The position numbers and the translations under genes are program-made. A stretch of 64,000 bases of DNA from the human T2T-CHM13v2.0 reference genome, Homo sapiens: NCBI RefSeq assembly GCF_009914755.1, contig NC_060938.1; one strand, written 5' to 3'. The notes below the pieces were generated by a model, which searched no databases, was not told the DNA's origin, and saw only the letters and a list, made by a program, of their open reading frames with translations. Below, in pieces: positions 45,542 to 58,415 of this stretch (position 1 is the first letter of the stretch; the number at the start of each line of letters is the position of its first letter).

Positions 45542-48241
45542 GGATGTTTTTTCACAGAATAATTAGAAAAACAGCTTTTAAAAAACTCAGACCAAGTAGA
45601 ACCAGAAAGCCACATGAATTTTCAGGGCTTTGGTTAGGTTTACCTGAAAGTGTAGGTGAATATAAAAGCTTTATCAAAGCTTTACAAAAGCATAACGCAT
45701 GGCAATATGATGCACTGTTTGCGGGAGTCCTGCGAGGGCACATTGTTCCGTGCAGTAATTTCAATGTGCCTAAGTTCTTGTGTCTTCACTAATTATGTAT
45801 CTTGACATTCACTTGCTTTGTTGTAACCCTCAGAGTCTGTTCAACTATGTCGATAGTCTGTAGCATCTCCAGATCTGCAGCTTTTAGTTATCTTGGGCCA
45901 CATGTAATTTATGTAGACATAACTGAAGATCATCAGTTTGGGATGAGATTATTGGGTTACGTTGAGGCTCAACAAGAAAAACCATAATCTTTCCTAAAGA
46001 GACGGAACAGGAGGCAAATACAATTCATTTCCTTCTTTAGAAATGAATTCCCTTACACCCTATCACTTCTGTTTTGGACCTCAAATTAATACTAGGCGAC
46101 AGAAAGATTAAATTCATTTCACAAGACAGTTTTGTGATATAAGTTATTTTGTGTAAAATTTTTTAACACAAAATTAAATTCGTGAAAACCCTAGTTTCTG
46201 TATAGATGAGTGTTTTCAGTTGTCCTTATTGTTTTATTAACATAAGAAGTGGGAGAGCTCTCACTGTTTTCTCATGTGTGGGTATAGTATTGAAGAAGTG
46301 TTGCAATTGTCCCCCTGGTATTTGGGTGCAGCTTTTTGTGATTCCCACAGTAGCCCTCAGAGGTCCCCTGTGCTTTTGAATTTTACTTGCGTGTTGCTGT
46401 TTTGCACCACCAGGGGACACTCAGTTTCCACAGAGGGGTGCTATGCTCTACCAAAATGGTGCAGATTCTTTTTCCTGTCAGGGGTGGACTCCAAAAAGAT
46501 TTTGTCCTGGATTTTACAGCTTTAGGTGGATCCAGTATTGGGTTTAGATGAGTTGACAGAGCCCTTTCTGAGATGAAGCTAATAGCCAGATTTTCACTGA
46601 AACAGGAAAAATAAAAATTTCAAAAAAATTAAAACAAAATGGAGTTAAAAACTAAATATGTTGCCAGAGACCCAAAGATAGGCAGCTCTAGCAACTTGGG
46701 GGGCATGCAAGTATCCATCCAGGGAGCTGAGTTCCACCCATGCGGCGGAGGTGGGAAGAGAGGATTCTGGGAAGGTCCCGGTTGGAATGGCCTTTTTTCT
46801 GCCTCAGCCATATTATTCAGTGGAAATTCAGAAAAGACCCCAAAACATTTGTAGTGCCTTTCCCTTTCTCCCCACCCCCAGTTCCTTCTTCAGTAGCCTT
46901 CCTTGCTAATTAACACTGGCTCTGCAGGGATATTTACCTTTTCTCTGCTGGATTCCTGTGGTTTTGAAAGAATTCAGGTACTTGCTGGTTGCCAAGGAAT
47001 TCAGATTACCTCACAGGCTGCACACTGTCCAGAATCTGCCACAGCAGCAAGTAGGGGGGAAGAGACACCAACAAGGGGGAGAAAACCCTTTCCAGTGCTC
47101 ATTGTCACCCTCCCTGGCAGGCCCTTGCTGTTTGTGAAGTTTGAGTCATTTCTGGCTCTAAAGACAAGGGATCAGGCTGGTAATCCCCTCCCAGACGGCT
47201 CTGTAGGGCGCTGCCTAGTCACTGCAGCGCTTTGGCAGTCTCCCGGCTGCAGCTGGTTGACAGCAGATCAGAGAGCTCTTGGGCCTCTTGTTCTCTTCCA
47301 TAAGATTTTTCTGGGTCAGGCCAGGATGAAACCCAGTGGCTCCTGGCAAGGCTGCCTGAGGTGCTGTCTCTTCATTGTCCAGGCCTCTCTGACTCAAAAT
47401 GCCTACACCTGTTGAAGGATAACTCATGTGCCACAGCGAGGTCGAGGCTGGCCTTCTCTTTTCTTGGTACATTTGTAGTGAATGTTTGTCAGAAAATATA
47501 ACTACCAAAGAGGATGTTAAGCTTCTACATCTAGAATGCCTGTGACTCTGACCATAAGAAGATATTGGTATCAAAAAAAAGTTTTTAAGAAAACAGCAGG
47601 ACAAAAAAAAAAAAAAAAGAACATGTGGGGTCATATTCTTAGAAGAACAAACTGGTTTTTGAATAGGGGAAGAGAGTTTAAAAGATCCCACTAACTCTCT
47701 GCTTTCCTTCTTGTTTTGGTTCCATATTGGTAAAGATCTTGGAGCAAGCAACTCCAGTGCAGTTTCAGTTAATGTTTGCCAAGTCCCTACCATATGCCAA
47801 ACATTGAAATCTTTTCTCCACACAGACATTCAGACTTTTAGACAAATTATCTTGATTCTCTTGATCAAATTATCTTGATCACTATCTTGATTCTCAGTGA
47901 GAAACATTAGAAAGCGAAAAGGAAATGTAACTTGTGATTTAAAAATTTATTGTCAAAATAAAGATATTGTCCAAAACAATTCATATTTGTTTTCATTGTG
48001 GTTAAAAAGGGGGGAGGGGGCGGCAAATAGTTCTATATTCATCAATAGGCTGCAAAATAGTACCTAGGGTTTCAAATTTAACAAAGAAAGTAGGAACTCT
48101 CCCACCTTTTGTTAGCTTAAAGGTCAAAGCCTTAAAGGTCTGTCGTGAGAACTTTCCTAAATCTTGATCTCATTAAGAGGGAGATACAAGACTGACTCCA
48201 TCGTGTAAATTTTGGTCTACATTAGGATAAGTGTGGTCATG

Positions 48242-48616
48242 TAGTCATGTGCTTTATAACAATGGGCAAGGAAGGACCACATATACTATGGTATCCCATA
48301 AGATTGTAATGGAGCTGAAAAATTTCTGTCGCCTAGTGACATTGTAACATCATAACACAATGTATTACTTTTTCTATGTTTAGATACACAAATACTTACC
48401 ATTGTGTTCCAGTTGCCTACAGTATTCAGTATAGTACAATGCTGTACAGGTTTGTAGCCTACAAGCAAGAAGCTGTATTATCTATCCTAGGTGTGTAGTA
48501 GGCTATACCATCCAGGTTTGTGTAAATACGCTCTATGATGTTCACACAACGATGAAATTGGCCTATCAATGCATTTCTCAGAGCATATCCCCATTGTTAA
48601 GTGACGAATGGTTGTA
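48242..48616. mobile_element. Tigger3/MER7-family TcMar element
   Basis: AGTCATGTG...CCCATAAGATTGTAATGGAGCTGAAAAATT ... CCCCATTGTTAAGTGACG. Confidence 0.75.
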
Positions 48617-48929
48617 TGTGCAAACTTGGTCCTGGGGTACCTAGTAAATAGTGCTCTTTTAGGTTATTGTTAATAGAGAAATGGTGTTGAAACTTCAGAC
48701 CTAGAGAAGATGAAATTTGATAATATGTGATGGTCTAAATCAAAGGTCACTAACATAAATGCTCACAAGTACATTCACTGAAGGAAGAGTGGAGACTGGA
48801 GAATGGAGAGTACATGTCTCATCTAAAGGCATTTACTATTTAGTGCCAGCAGCTGATACTGGTATTGCCAGATCTGGTTTGTTAAGTGAGGCTTGAACAT
48901 GTAGATTTTTACTGTGAAACAAAGCACTT

Positions 48930-50220
48930 TTTTACACTTTTAATTTTGAAACCGTTTTGAACTTATAGAGTTGTCAGAGCTGTAAGAATTATATGAAAAA
49001 TTACCTTTTACCCTATGTCTAGAGATCTCATTCCAATTCTGCCAATTGTCCTAAGATTTTTTTTTTTTTTAATTACAAAAGGATCCAATCAAGGATCACA
49101 TGTTGTATTTAGCCGTCGGGTCTCCGTAGTCTCCTTCAGTCTGAAACAGTTCCTTAGTCTTTCTTTGACTTTCATGATCTCAGCATTTTTGAAGATTACA
49201 GGCCAGTCATTTTGTGGATTGTCCCTCAGTTTGGGCTTGTCTGATATTTTCTCATGAAGAGACCTAGGTAATGCATTTGGGGCCAGAATACCACAAAAGT
49301 GATACTAATTCTTGTCATTGCATTATATGTGATGGCACATGCTAGTCATTTAGTGGTGTTTGACCATTTGCTTTAGGTCATCTGCTAGATTCCTCCACTG
49401 TAAAATTATTTGGTCTTACCCTTTGTAATTAGTAAGTATTTTATAAGGAGATACTTTAAATCATGTAAAATTTCATTCTTCATCTCATTTCTCATTTTTA
49501 AGAAAAATCTATTGATTTTTCTTGCCTTAATGAATTATTGCTGTAATAGTTGCCAAATGATGATTTTTTAATTCCATCATAACTTTTATTTCTTGGCATT
49601 TTTCTGTGAGGAAGAGCTTTATCTTCTCGTTTATTTATTCATCTATTTATTTATACCAATGCAGACTCAAGCGTTCCTGTTTTATTTAATGGGTTATAAT
49701 TCTTTACTATCATGATTTATTTTGATGCTCAAATTGTCCCAGATTTGGCCAGTGGGAGACCTCTCAAGCTGGCTTTGTGTCCTTTTGACATGTCTTTATC
49801 ATTCTTTGAGCACAAGATGTTTCAGGCTCATCTTGTTCTTTCTCTATTCTATCCCTGGAATCAACCATTTCTCCAAGGAGCACTGGTTGCTTTTTCTTGG
49901 AGTATAATATTTAGAAATCAATATCTGGGTGCTAGATACGCTCATTGTTTTGGGGCATTTCTGCTTTCAGACCCTGGCCATGAGCAGAGTTAGGAAATTA
50001 TGTATTTATGTACATATACACTTGTACATCTGTATTTCTATATCTGTCTCTAATGTATTGTTGAAAAATAGAAGTTTATACTAGTACGCACAATTCTAGT
50101 TCAAAACTACAGAGTTCCTTCTTGTTTTTTGCTTTTCATATTTTAAAATCTCTTTTCCAACAGCAGGAAATCTGGCTCGCAGTATCTTTAACATATTTAT
50201 TTATTTGCTCAATTCCTTTG
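48930..50220 (-). mobile_element. L1MC-like 3' UTR
   Basis: GGATCCAATCAAGGATCACA, GATGCTCAAATTGTCCCAGATTTGGCCAGTGGGAG, CCTGGAATCAACCATTTCTCCAAGGAG. Confidence 0.8.
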
Positions 50221-50351
50221 TATGTGGCCAGTTTCCTGACCCCACTGGGCCACTGTCCCATTCAGATGCCGTTTTTATATGGATTTATACCCTTATTTGG
50301 TGGCCTCCCTGCTTAGAAAACCTCCTTGTGCTTCTGGCTGACTTCCCACCC

Positions 50352-50406
50352 TACTCACCATCTTCCTTTTTTTTTTTTTTTTTTTTTTGTTACTCACCAT
50401 CTTCCT
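50352..50406 (-). mobile_element. Poly(A)-only retrotransposition-type insertion with a 16-bp TSD
   Basis: TACTCACCATCTTCCT - T run - GT - TACTCACCATCTTCCT. Confidence 0.7.
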
Positions 50407-52163
50407 CATGTGGGCCCTGGCTACCCCTGGGCTGCAAGAAGGAAGGTCTGATTTTTATATGTTGTTCAGGTAATTAAAGTTTAAAAGAAAAAACAAAGCT
50501 TTTGTAGGTTAATCAGAACTTGACCAGTAGGTCACATTCAAGACTAATGTGACCTGTGGTCTAGACAATAAAAAAGAAAATAGTGGTCAGATGATGATGA
50601 TGGCTTATTTACTATGGATTTTAGTGAGAGCTATAAGCTCTTACTGGGGTAGGAGGAAAGATGAACATGCACACCTTTTCTCTCCATAGTGTATGTTCCC
50701 CACTAGACTGAGGGAGATATGGAGTGGAGCACTTTCACCCTTCAGGGGAACTTTTCCTTTAAGCTTTTTTGTTTCACTTTAATTTTTGCTGCTTCTGCTT
50801 CATACACTCAGTTTAGAATTCCACGCTTTGATATTAGAAATCTTATCCTTGCTGGGGTTCAGAATAAAATGCTCCAGTGAAAAGGAAGATTAGGAAGAAG
50901 AAACATGATTTTTTTTTTTTTTAGATGTGCAGCCCTCTTGAAAAAAAGAATATAGGAATGACAAATGTGTTGGTACCCGATTCCAGCTCACCACAGACTT
51001 TTGTCAGGCTTTTCATGTTGACCAAGTTAGATCAAGTACTTGTAGTAACTACAAGAGATGAAAAGCCTCTTTTTCTGAAGCAGAAGCTTTCCCCTCCTTC
51101 TAATTCATTGTTCTTTGAGGGGAGAGGATGACAGGAGGGATGTCACCTTGAGGTAATGTCTGGCTGAGGCAGGCAGCCAGCACGGGGCCCCTTTGCATCT
51201 CACAAGAATTCAGAGAATGACAGTCTGCAACTTGCTTGGACAATCTATTAGAGGAAGATTGGGATGCATAGGCAAGGGTTACTCACCAGGGCACTGGGGT
51301 GTGACATGGCTAGAAGTTAAGTGATAACTACTGGAAGTTGGAAGTTTCTAGAAAATCTGGGGTCCTTCTCAAGCACAGACATAATAATGCTCATCAAACT
51401 CTTGTCTTTTAGCCTAGTCATCATTTTCTCTTTGTCCACATCCTTTTTCCTAGCCTCATGTTTGTTTATTTTAGTTTTTTGGGTTTGGGGTTTTTTTTCT
51501 TTTCACTATTCTTTCTTTGGCTCTTGTATATTTCTGGTACAGGGAATTAGGGAGTGGAGATAGTGGGTGGATGAGAAGAAACAGAGAAGAGGAAAGTTTT
51601 TTAATGCTGACCTTTAATGTGGTGAAAATTCATGTTGACTTCATAGTCTGAGTAAGCATATGTAAATAATTTGTAAGTCATATGAAAATAAACTTGTGGC
51701 CTTCTTTTTTTTTTCACACACTTGGATATGCCTCTTGGGAAAACCACTCTAGTGAAGGGTGATATGGTTACAGTGGTATGTAAACAGGGGTTGATATCTA
51801 CCATAACCATTCGCCTTGAGTGTCCTTTTGTTGATACTGAGCATCCTTTTGTTGATATTGAGCATCACTGGAAAGTTCTCTCTTTCCCTGGTTACTTCCT
51901 TCAGAGGCACATGTATTTTATACTTTGGTCTTCTTTTGACAACAGTCCGGGATATCAAATTGCTACCCTGTTTTCAGTGGGCTCCATGTTTAATTCCTCT
52001 TTTGCCTTCATTTCAAATTCAGGACTAAGTCTCTTGCACTGTGCCCATATTTATGCCGTTTTGCTTTGTCTGCTGTTAATGCTGTCATTATCATTCTTTT
52101 TAAATGAGTATTATGGATCAGTTCTATTCTTTCTATGGATGTCAGCTCTAAGCCTACATATAG

Positions 52164-52516
<353 letters not shown>

Positions 52517-52649
52517 AGTTGTTATTTCTGGACCAGCTAATGCTGCATCTTTCACAGTATCCTACACACAATTTCCCAGGTTGTAAATAGCTATATTTTC
52601 AATTTTCATTCTTCCTATTGGTGTAATGTTCTATATAAGAGAAGCAATG

Positions 52650-52860
52650 TCTTGTTGTGATTAAGTCCATGGGTTTTGGAGTTGGTGTGATCTTGAACAA
52701 GTTATTTAATAGACCACATTTAGTTTTCACATCTGTTTTTCAACTTGGATACGATATTATCTACTTCATAGGGTTGCTTTAAGGATTGAATTAAGTATGA
52801 CATTATAAAACACTTAGAATGGGAGTTAGCACTTAGTAGGCACTTGGTATTTGTTAGGTA
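52650..52860 (+). mobile_element. MIR
   Basis: GTGTGATCTTGAACAAGTTATTTAA ... CTACTTCATAGGGTTGC. Confidence 0.7.
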
Positions 52861-52894
52861 ATGATATTACCCTCCTTTATTATTATCTCATTGA

Positions 52895-53134
<240 letters not shown>

Positions 53135-53389
53135 TAACATGTGGCACTGGAGGACAACTTTACATTAATGTCCATGTACCATTTATGGAAATCTGTCAGT
53201 CATATAACAGTGTTGAGGCATATCTCCTGCTGCTTCTCCATTGCCTCCCCGGTTAACGGTGTCACCTTTCTCTACCAAAATGTGCCTTCACAAGTTTTTC
53301 TTCCTCACTGCCTTCCCTCACTTGACTTAGGAATGGGAATTTAATAGGCATATGGAACGTTTTAGAAGTTAAGAAATGAGGTCATTTCA

Positions 53390-53790
53390 GCACTTGGCAA
53401 ACATATCAAAAGCTTAAAAAATGTCTGTACCCTTTGACCCCATGGTTCCATTTCTAGGAACTTAACCTTAAGGAATAAAAGATGTACACACAGGATCAGT
53501 GATAAGAATGTTCATTACCATGTATTCGTAGGTGGAAAAAGCAGGTTATCAGATAGCACATGCAACTTAACTTTCTTGCTTGAATATGAGATATCTAAAG
53601 CTGCTTATTTTTGCTGAGGGGGGAGGAAAAAAAGACCAGAAGTAGTACCGAAGTGTTAATTTAGCTTAACTATAGTGGGTAGGATTGTGAGTGGGTGATT
53701 TTTATTTTCTTCTTTGTGCCATTATGTATTTTCTAAATTTTTCTAAAATAAATACTTGTATGATCAAGAAAAAGAAAAGGAAAAAATCAA
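53390..53790 (+). mobile_element. L1ME-like fragment
   Basis: ACCCTTTGACCC...TCCATTTCTAGGAA and GGGTGATTTTTATTTTCTTCTTTG 3' end. Confidence 0.6.
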
Positions 53791-54705
53791 AGAAAGAAAG
53801 AAATGAGGCCATCTCAGAAAAGGATTCAGTGGAAGGGAGTACTAGCCCAGCTGTGTGGAAATATTCTTTTTGCTCTGTTTTCTTTCATGCCGATATTTTT
53901 GCCAGAAAGTGGAAAAGTGGAAAAGAGACCCAAATAGTTACTTTCTACTCAGACTAAAAATAGGTTCCTAGCAGGTCCAAGGAAAGAAAGAAAGGAATCT
54001 GGAAGTGATAGAATAGTTGCTGAAGCTATATAGGTTTCAGCAAATATCCTGTGAGCAGCATTTGCATTGACTGAAGAGATCATACCTCCACTGTGAAAGA
54101 TGAGCAAAGGCACAATTGGTGGAGAGTGGGATGGTGGTAGGGAGTGAGGGGACAGCTGCAAAACACAGGTTCCAGATTGCGGGGCTCTTCCAACATTCGT
54201 GGGAGGCTGTGCCATTGGCCACTCCGCTGCCATAGCAATAGTATACCTCCTCACTCTTACTGTCACTCCAGTGCACTCTCCCTTCAGTGTTACCTCAAAA
54301 AAATCAGGAAAAGCCATATCTACTGCCAAAGAGGAGGGAACCTGCTTCAGATGCCAAAGCAATTCTGTGTGGGGTTATTTCATTAGCATGCTGCACCAGA
54401 ATAACTCACTCACCCATTCCAACTCAGTTCTGGTCTGAAAATGGCATCAGAGGTTGTTTTGTGGACTCAGGTGACATTCACCTCAAAGGTTAATTGTCTT
54501 TTAACTTGTTGTAACCATTCTTAAATTTGTTTGCCTTCTTTCACACATTGCTTTCACTCTTTCTTGATGCATAATTGTTTGGTTAAGAAAGAATTTGCCG
54601 CCTTCTTCCCCACCCTCTTGAAAAAGGCAAACTGTATGCATTTTCATTTCCATTGAAGAAATTGGTATGAAAGGATATATGACAAAAAGGACCAAGAAAA
54701 AATGA

Positions 54706-55128
<423 letters not shown>

Positions 55129-55681
55129 TGAAAGGCATAACTTTTTCCTTTTAATCCTTAGTGAATTTACCCTTCTTGAATGTTGAACTGCTGACTAAAA
55201 TATGGTCAGCTTTTTATATAACAAATTGCCTGTCTCCATATTGGCCCCAAGTTTCGAGTTTTCTAAGTTAATCTCTCTCATTCATGTTGCTGAGTTGGAG
55301 AATGGGCACTGTTTGAGCACAGGGCTTCAAATCAAAATGGACACAATTGCTGAGCCTTGAGCAGAACGGGAAACTGTGTGCCAAAAAAGACTTTTCATTT
55401 CACAAGGGAAAGGGTCATAGGGGAAGTGTGAGAAGGGAAGTGAGGCTCCTATTCCATTATGTGTCTGTCTTTTGTCATAAGAGGCCACCTGAGGGTATCC
55501 CTTGGCACCTACATTCTTGACTGTATTGATCTGTTCACAGATATGCCTGCCTCTATAGCACCCATTCAGAAGTCTGCCATATAGAGGCTTTTTTGAATGA
55601 GCACACATGCTTTTATAGTTATATTGTTATCTGGAATCCAGTTCATAATCCATGTATTTTGATATTGAGTCTGAAATTTAA

Positions 55682-55825
<144 letters not shown>

Positions 55826-56629
55826 TAACATGTTTTGTGAAGAGGATCTTGGGAAGTTGGACGGGATTTTAGGGTAGAGAGGCTTAGTGATTCTATAGCA
55901 GTAAGAGGTATGTGATGGACTCTTCTTTCTAAGCTCATGTAGCATATGAAGAGCCTACTAAGAGGCCAATAGTGAGCTTGGTCAGAAGTCCCCTGAGGAG
56001 TAACTAGCTTTCTGTGTGGGAAGCAGGGATTGGAACGAACGTGTTGGTCTTTCTGTCAGAGTGCAGTCAGAAAAAGTCTGCAACGGACTGTACAGGAATC
56101 CAGCTCTAACAAATATATTCCAGAGCTCCTTGGCAGCCAGGCTGGGAACAGTTCCAAGAAGCTCTGGCTGGTACCAGTATGTGCTTTCTCCCATTTTCCG
56201 ATGACTCCTCCTTTTTGTTTGAGTCTTCTTTCTAGTGTGTTCCTCCCCCTCCTCTCTTTCTCCCATTCCTCTTCCACTTTCTTTTCTCTTTCTCTTTCTC
56301 TTCCTCTTCTCCTCCCCTTCCACTCCACCCCCAACTCCTTGACTGCACAGAGAAGGAATAAGCAGTTCACAACTACAGAATCAGGAAATGTTACCTACTG
56401 ACCCCCTAGCTATAATGGTAGCACTGAGGGTGCCTATGGACATTGCTTCCTATGTGGAAATGAATGGGTTTGTGATTGCCCATGTGAATGTGTTTAAAGT
56501 CACATAGGCTTTTGGCAGTGTTAGGCTTTGTTAGTAAAATACACTAGGGTCTTTGATGGGGAGGATGATTAAAGTGTGGTGTGGAGTAATACAGGTAGTA
56601 AGGATATGAGAGTCGTGCTTTGGTTAGAA

Positions 56630-56875
56630 GGCAGAGTAACAGGGAAATAAAGAATATGGGTTTTAGAGCCTAACAGCCTTAGTTTGTAACCATGTATATC
56701 CATATCTAGTTTTGTGATTTTCAGCAAGTTACTCTAATCCTGTTTCCTCAACTATAAAATGGCAGTAATGGTGGTGTCTACCTCCTGAGAATACCATGAA
56801 GATCAAATGAGATGATGCACGCAAAGCACTTGACACAATGTCTGGCCCTTACGTTGTACTCAATAAAAATTATTT
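56630..56875 (+). mobile_element. MIR
   Basis: TGTGATTTTCAGCAAGTTAC...TGTTTCCTCAACTATAAAATGG. Confidence 0.75.
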
Positions 56876-57049
56876 GTTATTTTTGTAATTAGACATCATA
56901 ATTCCTGATCTCTTTAACAGATTATCGTTAACAGGCTATATTTGAGGGTCAGTAAACAAAGGGAATTGTTGAGATTGAATAGAAGATGGTAGATAAATCA
57001 GGACCTAAAATTATATGGGAAAAGAAGAGGTTGTAATATATTTTTTAAA

Positions 57050-58415
57050 ATACATATCTGATCATGTCTTCTGAAATCCTTAAATGGTTCCTTAGGCTTA
57101 AATTGTATAATAGAAACTTGATATGACCTGAAAGGCTTCTAAGGTAACTCAGGTAACTCTTCTAGAATTCCATTTCCCCTCATATACCTTATAATCCAGC
57201 TGTACTGTAGTATACTTCTAAGCACTCTGTGCTTTTGTGCCACTGTATGAGTTCTGCTGTTTGGCCTAAAAACTCTCCTTCTGTCTCTGCCTTGCATGCT
57301 CCCATTTCTTTTCTAAGATTTAGTTCTCCACATTGCCTCCTCCCTCATGCTGTTCTTTTTTTTTTGAGACAAGGTCTTGCTCTGTTGCCCAGGGTGGAGT
57401 ACAGTGGCATGATCACCGTTCACTGCAGCCTCCACCTCCTGGGCCCAAGTGATCCTCCCACCTTAGCCTCTCGAGTAGTTGGGACTATAGGCATGTGTCA
57501 TCATGCCTGGCTAATTGTTTAAAAAACTTTTTGTAGAAATGTGACCTCACTATGCATTATGCTTTTCTGTGCTTGTTTGATCATTCTCTTTTCCTATCAC
57601 ATCATGATGTTTTGTTTATACATACACTCAGCCGTGTCTGAGTTTATTTTCTTGAATTCATAACAGCCAGTGTGTCCTTTCTTCCCATTTCACCCTATTT
57701 CTGCCAAACCAGAGCTTTCAACATTTCTCTTGTCCCCTTTTTAAATTTTTTTTTTTAGTTTTGTATTAGAGACAGGGTCTCACTGTTGTCTAGGCTAGAG
57801 TGCAATGGCGCAATCGTATTTAGCTCACTGCAGCCTTGAACTCATGGTACCAAGTGATCCTCCTGCCTTGGCTTCCCCAAATACTGGGCTTACAGGCATG
57901 AGCTACCATGTAAGCCCTCGCTTGCTACCTCTGCACCTGTTTTACCGTGTGTCTGAAATACCTTTCTTGTGTTACTTTACCTAATAAATTACAGACATTT
58001 TTCAAGACAAAGTCAAGTGTCACTTCTTTGGTGATGTTTTTTTCTAATGCTCCCAGAGTTAGCCTGCTCTGCCCCTATACCCCCAGCACTCTGTTTGTAA
58101 CTCTACAATAGTATCTGTATGTTGTCTGGTAGTCATGTGTATATTTGTCTCCTGTAGCCGACTGGAAACTCCTTGAGGACAGTAAGAATATCTCCGTCAG
58201 TTTTGCCCCCACCATGCATGGCAGCACTTTTTTTTAAATTGAGACAGTATCTCACTACGTTACCCAGTCTGGCCTTGAACTCCTGGGCCCAAAGGATCCA
58301 CCTGCCTCAGCCTCCCGAGTAGCTAGGACTATAGGTGTGTGCCACCATACCCAGTTGCATGTCAGCGTCTTTTGCTCTTAGAGAATGTTCAGGAAATGTT
58401 TCTTGAATGAATGAT
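57050..58415 (+). mobile_element. L2 fragments hosting three antisense Alu monomers/fragments (57355-57552, 57745-57915, 58228-58355)
   Basis: L2 blocks (ATCTGATCATGTC, ACTCCTTGAGGACAG, TTGAATGAATGA) interleaved with partial AluJ, FRAM and FLAM sequence. Confidence 0.7.

Noticed and set aside
46903-47829. Overlapping 170-aa (+) and 204-aa (-) ORFs
   Set aside because: No recognisable homology or exon structure, and the minus ORF runs through A/T homopolymers; consistent with chance ORFs in GC-richer DNA.
55982-56401. Charged or Ser/Leu-rich ORFs on both strands
   Set aside because: Produced by a CT-rich low-complexity tract at ~56230-56330.
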